Shown here piece after piece: positions 1-8,614 of a DNA stretch of 64,000 bases. Position 1 is the stretch's first letter. Each line of letters begins with the position of its first letter. Under the pieces are notes generated by a model, which had not been told where the DNA came from, did not search any database, and worked only from the letters and a program-made list of their open reading frames with translations. The stretch lies in NCBI GenBank assembly GCA_963790215.1, contig CAWBNS010000013.1:54000-117999 (forward strand), in the 5' to 3' direction. The stretch comes from an uncultured Chlamydiae bacterium. Lineage in GTDB: Bacteria; Chlamydiota; Chlamydiia; Chlamydiales; JAJFMA01. The position numbers and the translations under genes are program-made.

Positions 1-2670
1 ACAGCCCTCCGCGAACTCGAAGCCGAACTACTCGGGCTAGCCTCTCAACATAAAGGACTCTCCAGACTAGATAAATTGCGAAACTTTGCTCATGAAAAAT
101 TCGCCCTCGGAAAACGAATTCAAAGCGATCGCGATCAGTTCCTATCCACGCCGAATCAAGTTGTCACCTTGCTATCGCTGGAAGGGGAGCGTCGAACCCT
201 GACCGGGGAAATTAAAAAAATCCAGCATGATGTCGCAGGCCTGAAATTCCAGATCAGCAAAAAGTCAACGATCCAGCAAAGTGCCACTTACTGGGGTGAA
301 AAGATCATTAGAGGCCTCTCCAGACGTGAAGAACTTGGAAGAAGCGCTCAAGTTCAAGATCATACCATCCCAGGCAACCCAGTGGTGGTGGTACAAATAC
401 TCCTTGATGCCTATGACGCTATCTCGAGTATCAAAAACACCATCTCCATCAAAACTCTCGAAAACCACGTTCGCAGTTTGGAAAAAATGGGCGCCGGTCG
501 GCTACAACAGATCAATGATCAACTCCACTCACGCGCACTCGAAAGACAGACGCAGAAATTTTATCAAGATCCCGCCCACATGGTTGTTACCCTCTCGCAG
601 CATCCAGATATCAGAGCTGGGCTTCTAAAAGAAGATGACCCCCTAAGCACAAATTTAAGCAATGCCCAGAAAGGAAGCATTCCTGCAATTCACTCAGTCC
701 TCCAGGACCCCACAGTTGTACGCATCTTAAGCCAAGGTAAGGATGAGCTCGATAGAATGGAGGAGGAAGGCGAATGTCAGAAGCTATTCGAAGAAAAAGA
801 GATCTTAATCAAAAATATGCGCCCCGTCATGGAGGCGAGGGCACAGCTAGCCTCCAAGAAAGAAAAAAGGATGCTAAAAGTAAACCTCTATAAAGTTGGA
901 ATCAGTTTTCACGACCTCATACAAACCACAATCGGAATCGCCCAATTAGTCACCATGGCTGAGCCAACCAAAATCTGTGCTATCTTGGTCGGAGCGCTCA
1001 AAGCAGTCGTCGTCATCCCCACCTTCCCCCTCGATGTAGCCATCATCCGCTCAAACCTAAAAGACGCAACACACTCGCTCTCCAATTTAAGCGCCATGCG
1101 AGAATCCTTCCGACTAGAAAAGACAGAGAAAGATCCTCAGCAAGCAATCGGCGGTCGTATTAAAGAATTAGAACGAACCAAAAACTTCGAATTAAAATAC
1201 GAAATGGAACAAAAAAAAGAAGAAATCAAACTACTAGACAAGGCATGGGAATTACAAAAGTCAGGAAAATTAAAAGAACTGAATAAACTAACTAGTTCAG
1301 CAAATTTGAACAAAGAAACTGAGTATCTACTCAAACCCGAACTCAAAATTATCGACCAATGGATTGGTGGAGCAGACGACGCAGACCTTGAAAATGCCCT
1401 AACAACATTACGAGAGTTAGTCGCCGACTCCGATGTAGAAACAGCCAAGGAATGCATCAAACTTTCTCATCCCAACACCAATTTTCATCACCTATTTCAA
1501 CAACTAGCCTCCATATCAAAAACCAATGACCTTTCCCTAATGCTTAAAGACCGCTATGTGCAGCTAACAATCGAAGTCAACCATCTTAACGAACAACTCA
1601 AAAACAATGACCCAACTGACGAAATCATAGATCTCCAACAAGCAGCAAAGGCTTTAGAGCAAAACAATATGCCTGTGCTCATGGAGCTCTTTGAAGGGAA
1701 AAGAGAAGATGGAAAGACACCTCTTCTGAGCCTGAAAAGCCAGCAAGCTGTTCGCCCCCATCTAAAAGCCGTGGACGATCGATTACAAGAATTTGCCGAA
1801 CGACAAGATATAGCAAAAAGCGATGGTGAAATCGCAACATTGATGCAGATCCGACGACAAATCATTACCCAAGGGAAACCAAATCCAGCAACAGTAGCCA
1901 AACTCAGCCCAGACAACCAAGCCGCTATAAAAACTGATTCTTTCGAAAATGAAATGCCCAGCGAAGCAAAAGCCGTTTTGAATAAAGGGAAGACCTTGTT
2001 TTTGGACAGCCTCGCCCCTTATATGAAACAACGACTCCGCATGAAACGGATCACAGAATGGACCCTGGTAGCCTCTGATCTTCTTATCATAGCCGCCACA
2101 ATAGCCTCCGTAGCCGGGTTTGCTTTATTAGTCACTACCGGAGTGGGAGCCATCCCCGTGTTTGCTGCAGTCGTCCTTTTACTTGTCGCTTCAGCAGCCA
2201 CCTCTTTTGGAGGCGCATTCTTTGTCGATGCAATTCTGAAAGGCCAAAAGCGCCGACGACAATTCCTCGAAGCAGTGGAGCGAGGTGAAATCAAAAAACC
2301 GAAAAACTGGAAAGAAAAAATCGATCAAGGTCTTCGCCATATAGGTCTCAAAGGAAATCTCATGGACAAACGCGATTTTTTCCCCGCCATCTTTACCCAG
2401 ATCGAAGACGAACTAAAAAATTGGGACACAATCAAAGCCAACGATCAGGTAGAAAAAACCCTAACATTTACTATGTACCATCTTATCAGAGATTATTTAC
2501 CCGAAAAACTGCCTGTTCACGTCGATCCTAAACGCTATGCCGAAATGCTCACTAGCAACGAAGGCAATGCTCGCGAGGTCTTCTATCACGCTATCAACGA
2601 TGGAATGCTCCACCACGACCTCTCAAGATTAACACCAAGAAAAATGATCCAGATCGCCAATAGGTCCTAG
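1..2670 (+). CDS. Large coiled-coil membrane protein, Inc-like, paralog A (5' partial; reading frame open to window edge)
   Basis: No stop lies between base 1 and the listed TTG at 76, so the true start is upstream of the window. The protein is coiled-coil-rich with two hydrophobic blocks: IGIAQLVTMAEPTKICAILVGALKAVVVIPTFPL, and the bilobed LLIIAATIASVAGFALLVTTGVGAIPVFAAVVLLLVASAATSFGGAFFV. The C-terminal motif NW..ND..Y.L.RDY..A.N..MLHH..RLT is shared with the next ORF. Confidence 0.6.
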   Translation, partial: TALRELEAELLGLASQHKGLSRLDKLRNFAHEKFALGKRIQSDRDQFLSTPNQVVTLLSLEGERRTLTGEIKKIQHDVAGLKFQISKKSTIQQSATYWGEKIIRGLSRREELGRSAQVQDHTIPGNPVVVVQILLDAYDAISSIKNTISIKTLENHVRSLEKMGAGRLQQINDQLHSRALERQTQKFYQDPAHMVVTLSQHPDIRAGLLKEDDPLSTNLSNAQKGSIPAIHSVLQDPTVVRILSQGKDELDRMEEEGECQKLFEEKEILIKNMRPVMEARAQLASKKEKRMLKVNLYKVGISFHDLIQTTIGIAQLVTMAEPTKICAILVGALKAVVVIPTFPLDVAIIRSNLKDATHSLSNLSAMRESFRLEKTEKDPQQAIGGRIKELERTKNFELKYEMEQKKEEIKLLDKAWELQKSGKLKELNKLTSSANLNKETEYLLKPELKIIDQWIGGADDADLENALTTLRELVADSDVETAKECIKLSHPNTNFHHLFQQLASISKTNDLSLMLKDRYVQLTIEVNHLNEQLKNNDPTDEIIDLQQAAKALEQNNMPVLMELFEGKREDGKTPLLSLKSQQAVRPHLKAVDDRLQEFAERQDIAKSDGEIATLMQIRRQIITQGKPNPATVAKLSPDNQAAIKTDSFENEMPSEAKAVLNKGKTLFLDSLAPYMKQRLRMKRITEWTLVASDLLIIAATIASVAGFALLVTTGVGAIPVFAAVVLLLVASAATSFGGAFFVDAILKGQKRRRQFLEAVERGEIKKPKNWKEKIDQGLRHIGLKGNLMDKRDFFPAIFTQIEDELKNWDTIKANDQVEKTLTFTMYHLIRDYLPEKLPVHVDPKRYAEMLTSNEGNAREVFYHAINDGMLHHDLSRLTPRKMIQIANRS

Positions 2671-2678
2671 GAGCGCTC

Positions 2679-4370
2679 ATGAACTCACCCATCGACCCAA
2701 ATCGACCCTCACAAGAACCACAAACAGAGACGACGACACCCCCCATCGTTTCCGCAGAAAACCTACCTCCGAAAGCACTAGCTAAACACATCGTAATCGA
2801 AGTCCCTCCAAAACATACCTCCCCGCTAATCGTCAAACCCGCGCCCCCACCAAGGTCTAGAGAGCTGTTAGAGAAAAAAATTGTCCTGCTAAAACAAAAA
2901 TACGATCAGATTCAAAACGAATTTGAGCGAACAGAAATCCCTCATGAGAAAATCGCCTGTTACATATCCATGAAAACAATCAAAAATCAAATTTCCTACA
3001 TCAAAGCTGAAAAAGATGCGGTAAAAGCAGAAGAGCACTCGCTCATCATGAAGACCATCTATAAAGGATTTGACAAGGCTTGCCAAATCCTAAACCCATT
3101 CGGCCAAGTGTCTCGCCCTGCCAATACGAGTGTTGCAGGGACGTTTCCGTTTAACCCACTCACCTATGCTGCAGCCCTAGCAGACACCGCTAGTTTTTTC
3201 AGCGATCTATACAAGCTCACAAAGACCACCAAGCAGCTCCAGATTATTACCAGCCTAGAAAAAAAAGGAATAGAACGACTCAGCTCCATAGGCATCAACA
3301 TTCAATCAGAACGAATTTATGGAGATTCATTAGAAGAACGCGGGGAGAGCCGTGTCGAAGCGGATAGTCGGATCCAAAAAATGGAAACAGAGCGCGAAAT
3401 TCTGTTACAATACTTGAAACCCCTAGCCGATCTAAAGAAAAAAGTAGACCCAAGCAGCGCAGGACACCGTTTAGGTGTAGGTGTAGCAAAAATGGGATTG
3501 TCCTATCTCGATGTAGCCCACGCCATCATTGGGTTTGCATCCATCTTTGTCATCGCACAAACGATGGTTGTTACTGGTTTGGCCGTCAGCAGCCTCTCAG
3601 TTCTGTTTACAGGCGCATTGGTCGCTGTAGACTTCCTCGTTACACGCGCCAACCTGAAAAACGCCGTAGCCTCTTTGCACAACCTTCAGTTTCTTTCAGT
3701 AAAGTTTCGGGCTTCTCTCGAAGAACAATGGAAAAAAGTTTCGGATGTCGAAATAAAAAAAGTATCGGAAAACAGCCTAAACCTATTTGAGAACACTGTA
3801 ACGCCCTATCTAAAACAAAAATTAGAAATCAAAATCATCGAGCAGTGGCTCATCCGTGCAAGCGATGTCTTGGTCATTGCTGCCACAGCTGCTGCCGTAG
3901 TTACAACGATTTTAGCCGTTACAACTGTCGGGGCTGTCGCCCTCCCTCTACTCCTTATCCCTATCGCCATTGGTGCCTCAGCAGCAATTCTTATTCTGTC
4001 TTCACCTTTTCTCGCTAAATGGATTGTAGAAAAACAAAATGGGAAAAAGATACCCAAACCAGAAGAATTCCAACAAACGCTATTCAAACAATTGGAAGAG
4101 GAACAAGCCAACTGGAGCGAACTCGTCAGAAACGATCTCCACTATCATACCAATACCTACGTTTTGTACAACCTAGTTAAAGATTACTACCGCGGTGGAT
4201 TATCCATGGGACCACAAGAATGGGCACAGAGCCTAGTCGGTCCCCAATCCGCTGAAGCCCGCCGAGCCTTCGACAAAGCCCTAAACCACAAAATGCTCCA
4301 TCACGAAGCACGACGACTCACTGTTCGACAGATCGAAAAAATGGAAGCGAGGGAGAAAGATAAGCGATAG
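2679..4370 (+). CDS. Coiled-coil membrane protein, Inc-like, paralog B
   Basis: ATG preceded by TAGGAG. Architecture matches the upstream ORF: hydrophobic block 1 (IIGFASIFVIAQTMVVTGLAVSSLSVLFTGALVAVDFLV followed by RANLKNAVASLHNL) and bilobed block 2 (VLVIAATAAAVVTTILAVTTVGAVALPLLLIPIAIGASAAILIL). The C-terminal end NHKMLHHEARRLTVRQ is conserved. Confidence 0.6.
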   Translation: MNSPIDPNRPSQEPQTETTTPPIVSAENLPPKALAKHIVIEVPPKHTSPLIVKPAPPPRSRELLEKKIVLLKQKYDQIQNEFERTEIPHEKIACYISMKTIKNQISYIKAEKDAVKAEEHSLIMKTIYKGFDKACQILNPFGQVSRPANTSVAGTFPFNPLTYAAALADTASFFSDLYKLTKTTKQLQIITSLEKKGIERLSSIGINIQSERIYGDSLEERGESRVEADSRIQKMETEREILLQYLKPLADLKKKVDPSSAGHRLGVGVAKMGLSYLDVAHAIIGFASIFVIAQTMVVTGLAVSSLSVLFTGALVAVDFLVTRANLKNAVASLHNLQFLSVKFRASLEEQWKKVSDVEIKKVSENSLNLFENTVTPYLKQKLEIKIIEQWLIRASDVLVIAATAAAVVTTILAVTTVGAVALPLLLIPIAIGASAAILILSSPFLAKWIVEKQNGKKIPKPEEFQQTLFKQLEEEQANWSELVRNDLHYHTNTYVLYNLVKDYYRGGLSMGPQEWAQSLVGPQSAEARRAFDKALNHKMLHHEARRLTVRQIEKMEAREKDKR

Positions 4371-4384
4371 GAAGTGATGGCGAG

Positions 4385-5022
4385 GAGCGTTTATGCCTTT
4401 TCAACACAGAGGCACAGAGGCTCACAGAGATGCTATAGAAACGCGAGTTTTGGATAAGCCAGTCTTGGAAATAGCTTAGAATAAGTTATTTGAGTTGAAA
4501 AAAACTTCACAGGTTCAGGCTAAGATAAAGTTTTTGTGATTATGCAATTGATAACAAGCTCATTACGACAGGAAGACCCTCGTAGAGGGTCTCTGAATGT
4601 AGCCCACCGTGAACCTGCGAGTGAAGCGAAGACAGGTGTAACGGTGGGAAAATACGTCGAAAACCTATTGCACCCCCGAAGGGGTGTGCCTCAAGCTATT
4701 TGTAATCAACGAGCTGAGGCACTCTCGTTCGAGAGTGCGAACCCTATTTTGCCCATATTCCCACCGTTACACCTGTCTTCGCTGACGCTCGCAGGTTCAC
4801 GGTGGGCTACATTCAGAGACCCTCTACGAGGGTCTTCCTGTCGTAATGAGCTTGTATCAATTGCATAATCACAAAAACTTATCTTAGCCTGAACCTGTGA
4901 AGTTTTTTCAACTCAAATAACTTATTCTAAGCTATTTCCAAGACTGGCTTATCCAAAACTCGCGTTTCTATAGCATCTCTGGGAATCTCTGTGTCTCTAT
5001 GTTGAAAAAAGCATAAGCGCCC
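4385..5022. repeat. Outer hairpin element of the CACAGAG type, split by insertion of the 525-bp foldback element
   Basis: 4385-4440 (..gcgtttatgccttttcaacacagaggcacagaggctcacagagatgctatagaa) is the imperfect reverse complement of 4966-5022 (ttctatagcatctctgggaatctctgtgtctctatgttgaaaaaagcataagcgc..). The two arms would abut at agaa|ttct if 4441-4965 were removed. Confidence 0.75.
4441..4965. mobile_element. Non-coding foldback (MITE-like) element, copy 1: ~208-bp inverted arms and a 111-nt loop
   Basis: 4441-4648 is the near-perfect reverse complement of 4760-4965. Termini are acgcgagttttggataagcc / ggcttatccaaaactcgcgt. A second copy lies at 10084-10607. Only palindrome-artefact ORFs are present. 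The repeat is certain; mobility is inferred. Confidence 0.65.
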
Positions 5023-5076
5023 CACACAATCACTTTCTGCTGATCGCTCATCCTGCTTCATCTTTTTTTTTATTCT

Positions 5077-5115
5077 CCATCCTTTATCCTTCATCCTTTA
5101 TCCCTCATCCCTTAT
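5077..5115. repeat. Tandem direct repeat, about three units of (c)tcatcc(t)ttat
   Basis: The sequence reads ccatcctttat / ccttcatcctttat / ccctcatcccttat. The reverse complement (ATAAAGGATGA) resembles the CAGGAT/AAGGAT unit of hairpin elements elsewhere. A related half-motif (cttcatcctttat) occurs near 29790. Confidence 0.6.
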
Positions 5116-5146
5116 AGTCGAAATCTAAACTAAGGGAGCCGTCTAT

Positions 5147-5905
5147 ATGCCATTGTGGAGAGGATTATTGCTATTGTGTCTGATGACAAGCACTATGCTC
5201 TCTGCTTACACAACCTCCAAAATATCAGGAGCCGGTATTGGTGCTGGCGCTCCTCCTCCCCCAACAACACCACCCCCGATCAATACAAAGCTCTCTCCTA
5301 ACCCAAAAAAGGTGACCCGCCCCAAGCCTAATGTCCATGCCAAATACCTAGCCAAGCCCTCCGCAGCGGTCGGTCTCGTACCTCAAAATCAATCAACCTC
5401 GACAGAAAATCTCACTGGCGTACGCCCTGACCTGCAAATTGACGTACACCTTTTCGCCCCACAAGACGAACGATTCGGTCTGACCGTCGCAAAAATGGAA
5501 GAAGTACTGCTCCACGAACTCCACCTATGCCGCATCAAAAGTGGACAAGAAGCAACCATAAACAGCAGCCAGCCAAGACCACACCTCCTCCTCGAAGCTT
5601 ACGTTCAACCAATCAATGACTACTACGCCGTTTTCATGGATATGCGCCTGATCGAAGCCGCTTGCCCTAATCGTATCACCCTCAGACCTGGAGAAGTTTT
5701 TCAGGGAATCACCTGGGAACGCAAACAATCTTTCTGCACAGAAAAATACGACATCACAGCCGTCGTTTTACAAAAAACCGAAGACATGGTGATAGAATTC
5801 TCCACTAAATACCTCAGCGATCAGCCCGCACCACCCATCCCTCCCCAAGCCGTCACAAGAATGCCCTCTAAACCCGTAAAGGCTCCCCCTCCAAAAAATC
5901 GTTAA
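5147..5905 (+). CDS. Hypothetical secreted proline-rich protein
   Basis: AAGGGAG RBS. The N-terminal signal-like segment is MPLWRGLLLLCLMTSTMLSA. Pro-rich tracts occur at both ends (APPPPTTPPP; PAPPIPP..KAPPPK). No recognisable domain. Confidence 0.55.
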   Translation: MPLWRGLLLLCLMTSTMLSAYTTSKISGAGIGAGAPPPPTTPPPINTKLSPNPKKVTRPKPNVHAKYLAKPSAAVGLVPQNQSTSTENLTGVRPDLQIDVHLFAPQDERFGLTVAKMEEVLLHELHLCRIKSGQEATINSSQPRPHLLLEAYVQPINDYYAVFMDMRLIEAACPNRITLRPGEVFQGITWERKQSFCTEKYDITAVVLQKTEDMVIEFSTKYLSDQPAPPIPPQAVTRMPSKPVKAPPPKNR

Positions 5906-5964
5906 TTTGATATTAAATAGCTATTAAATTAGAATAAACATAACTAATTAAGGAGGGTTCTGCT

Positions 5965-6702
5965 GTGGCTAAAAAACAAAAGTTTTTTACCGAGGAATCT
6001 GCAGCGATGCTCGGTGACTGGTTAAGAGACAGCCAGATCGTAGATCTACCAAAACCTGAACAGGATCAAGCAGAAGCCCGTGCTTTAAAAAAATTATTAG
6101 ACGATTATAGCGCAGCCATTTCCAAAGGTTACCATCTCGTAATGCACGAAATCGCCTCAGACCCTGTGAAAAAAAACCACCTCAACGACTTTCGTATCGA
6201 CACCAATATCATCAAACAAATGCACAATGCAGAAGATGCGAGCAAGCTACTGCAAGAGCACGGTGTCCTACAAGGCGTGCTTGGTATCTCCGGCGAAACT
6301 ATGGGAGAGATGAATCGCATTGCCTGTAACCTCTACGACCAGAAGAAATACGATCAAGCCTGCTGGATTCTTCAGTATATGCTCTTTCTGAATCCCTATG
6401 TTTGCTACCTCTGGCAAGAGCTGGGACTCTGCTGCCAAGCCTTAAATCAATGGGACGAAGCCTTCTGGGCCTATGGAGTCGCCATCAACTGCGACCCACA
6501 TGAAAAGGAAACCTATAGCCTAGCCGTAAAAGCCAGTCTAGACCTAAAAGACTATGAAAAAGCCCGCGAGTTTGTTCAGGGCGGACTCGATCGCTTCCAA
6601 CGTCAATTGCCCAATCAAAAAAACGAGATCAAAGAATTTCTTGAAGATTTAAAAGAATACATCATGGCGCATGAACACGGGAGGATAGAAAATGTCGGTT
6701 AG
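5965..6702 (+). CDS. Type III secretion class II chaperone (SycD/LcrH/Scc2-like TPR protein)
   Basis: GTG start with AAGGAGG RBS. The segment GVLGISGETMGEMNRIACNLYDQKKYDQACWILQYMLFLNPYVCYLWQELGLCCQALNQWDEAFWAYGVAINCDP follows the SycD/LcrH TPR pattern, recalled from family knowledge rather than a search. Confidence 0.7.
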   Translation: MAKKQKFFTEESAAMLGDWLRDSQIVDLPKPEQDQAEARALKKLLDDYSAAISKGYHLVMHEIASDPVKKNHLNDFRIDTNIIKQMHNAEDASKLLQEHGVLQGVLGISGETMGEMNRIACNLYDQKKYDQACWILQYMLFLNPYVCYLWQELGLCCQALNQWDEAFWAYGVAINCDPHEKETYSLAVKASLDLKDYEKAREFVQGGLDRFQRQLPNQKNEIKEFLEDLKEYIMAHEHGRIENVG

Positions 6703-7855
6703 CATCAGCGGAGGTTCGCCAGAACCATTGAAACCAGTAGGATCTAAACCTATCAACCCTGCGTTTATGGCAGAATTATCAGGCGTATTAGCGAAAAATA
6801 CAAAAAAATTAGAAGGAAAAACTAACAATCCAAATGAAGCTCTCCAGGATGTCAAAGCGCATAATCCGGAATTCTTGCATGCTGACCAAGTCTTTATCGA
6901 TGGAGCTGCCAAGGGCAACGAAAACTCAATAAAACGAACTACAACAACGTTCGCCGCCATTCAAACAGGACTCGCTAGATTACCTGGAAGGGCAGCAAGA
7001 AAGGCACGTGCTTTTAGAGCTATGGCGGGTCAAGGACTTTCAAATCTATTTTCCAAAAAAGTGACCAACTCACCAGAAGCAAGTCAGAAAACCTCCATAC
7101 TTGCATCCCTTCATTTGCCAAAGTTTGGAGGTAAAAAGAAAATCTCTGTGCCAGCAGCTATTGCCATCCCAACCCCACCATCCTTAGAACAAAAAGAGGC
7201 GAAAAAGGAGCAATTACTGATCCCTAGCGATGTTGTCAATCGGTTCCATAAAGATGGATTGATCAATAAGGACCAGCGCGAAGAGCTCAAAGCACTACTT
7301 GCCCACAAAGACTATCCAGAAACGCACACGATACTTCTTTCTTGGATCAATAATAATTCGGCTCCGGTAAAACCAGGAAACCTCGAATTACAAGATTATC
7401 CGGCGTTATTACTAGAGGAAAGAATTGGGTCATTCGAAAAGCAGGTGTCATTTGGAGATCGGATTGCCAACGATTCCAGCATTCCTCAAGCCTGGAAGAG
7501 TACTTTGGCGCATAAAGCTAAGGACTATGAGCACGCGCGTTATCTAGCTAATGATTTTGATGCCGAGATGGAGGCCCAATTTGCTAGCGCGGGAAAAGAC
7601 AGCTCGCGACTACCCAAAACTGCTACTGCAGCTTCCTATGAGGACGCCGTCAATACGGCTCTAAAAATCTATCAAGAGTATGCCAAAGCGATGGGCGTGA
7701 ACATAGAAGAGAATCCATCCCTCAAGCTAGCTAAGGATGAGTCACCCAGAGCACAGCTCTCGGCTCTCGAAGCCGTTATTCATGACAATCTAGCCGCAAA
7801 ACGAGATAAAATCGGTGAGACTCTACAAATTCTTCTCGATAACCTCGAAGAGTAA
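6692..7855 (+). CDS. Hypothetical protein translationally coupled to the T3SS chaperone (candidate T3S substrate)
   Basis: The ATG overlaps the chaperone 3' end by 11 nt and has a GGGAGGA RBS. The protein is hydrophilic, with no TM segment and no recognisable domain. Confidence 0.55.
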   Translation: MSVSISGGSPEPLKPVGSKPINPAFMAELSGVLAKNTKKLEGKTNNPNEALQDVKAHNPEFLHADQVFIDGAAKGNENSIKRTTTTFAAIQTGLARLPGRAARKARAFRAMAGQGLSNLFSKKVTNSPEASQKTSILASLHLPKFGGKKKISVPAAIAIPTPPSLEQKEAKKEQLLIPSDVVNRFHKDGLINKDQREELKALLAHKDYPETHTILLSWINNNSAPVKPGNLELQDYPALLLEERIGSFEKQVSFGDRIANDSSIPQAWKSTLAHKAKDYEHARYLANDFDAEMEAQFASAGKDSSRLPKTATAASYEDAVNTALKIYQEYAKAMGVNIEENPSLKLAKDESPRAQLSALEAVIHDNLAAKRDKIGETLQILLDNLEE

Positions 7856-8030
7856 GGATAATCAGCGTCTCTGTCCGTGTTTGAAGAAGAATTTCACCAA
7901 GGCCGTATTGTAAAGCAGCGCTGCCGGGCTCGAGTCTTTTTGAAAAGGGGGAATTCTAGCATCTTCAGGTTAGTCTCAGCCATCCGATGATTTGATAATT
8001 CAACCTAAATTCTTAGCCTGAAAGAAAAAA

Positions 8031-8333
8031 TTAAAGGAAAAGGCGATAATCAATCTTAAAAAGTTCAGCCAATCGCTTGGCAAGGCTCTTACCGATAGGT
8101 CTTTTTCCATGCTCCATAAGAGAAATATTCGCCTGTTTAAGCCCGAGCATATCTCCCAATTCCTTCTGAGTGAGATCTTCTCTATATCGAAGACCCTTTA
8201 GCATTGATGCAGCTTGGGAATCGCTTCCTCTAAGTAGGCGAATGGCCTCTTCCGCAGACATCGGAGCGTCTTCGCGGTTACAAAAACTAACATCCTTCTG
8301 CTTAATAGGGTGCTTTCTCATGTGTGCCCGCAT
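8031..8333 (-). CDS. XRE-family HTH antitoxin (HigA-like)
   Basis: HTH segment LTQKELGDMLGLKQANISLMEHGKRPIGKSLAKRLA. It lies downstream of and overlaps a RelE-like toxin gene. It is a paralog of 42015-42401. Confidence 0.7.
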   Translation of the reverse strand: MRAHMRKHPIKQKDVSFCNREDAPMSAEEAIRLLRGSDSQAASMLKGLRYREDLTQKELGDMLGLKQANISLMEHGKRPIGKSLAKRLAELFKIDYRLFL

Positions 8334-8614
8334 AATATACCTCTATTGTTTTCTCTATTTTGCTGATAATCCGCCAACAGACTACATAAGTAGGCCGACC
8401 TTTTTTTGAGATGACAGTGGTAATCTTCACTGTTCATCTTAGTATAGTTAGGCCAGTTACTTCGATACGGACCTAGGCCTGACAATTCCGCTAACAACAA
8501 ATCCAGAGCATTTCCCGCTGCGCCTTGAATAAGCCCCTTTGCTAGAGCTTTTTTCGCTTGTCCTACGAGTGTATAAGTCCACGCCTCATCCGGCATAGCT
8601 AGATTATATATCAT
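8302..8614 (-). pseudogene. RelE/ParE-superfamily toxin, frameshifted at an A7 (plus-strand T7) run
   Basis: The listed ORF 8318-8614 ends ..HCHLKKRSAYLCSLLADYQQ... Removing one A from the run at 8401-8407 gives HCHLKKGRPTYVVCWRIISKIEKTIEVYYAGTHEKAPY*. This matches the paralog 41746-42018 (HCHLKKGKPTYVACWKVIDKENQLIEVYA). Confidence 0.7.

Noticed and set aside
4714-4742. A hammerhead-ribozyme-like string, CTGAGG-[CACTCT cgttcg AGAGTG]-CGAAC, in the loop of the foldback element.
   Set aside because: The conserved core is not satisfied. CUGANGA is truncated to CUGAGG(C), and GAAA is replaced by GAAC. No convincing stems I/III or cleavage-site context are present.
4536-4868. A 110-aa ORF inside foldback copy 1, plus the analogous ORFs at 10149-10349, 10177-10425 and 10293-10508 in copy 2.
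   Set aside because: They are palindrome artefacts. The ORF runs down one arm and back up the complementary arm, and the frames differ between the two copies because of 1-nt indels. There is no RBS or domain.
5077-5115. Possible CRISPR-like or other tandem arrays: the short repeated units here and within the hairpin arms.
   Set aside because: The units are 8-14 nt and directly adjacent with no unique spacers, and they occur as inverted arms. No cas genes are present, so this is not a CRISPR architecture.
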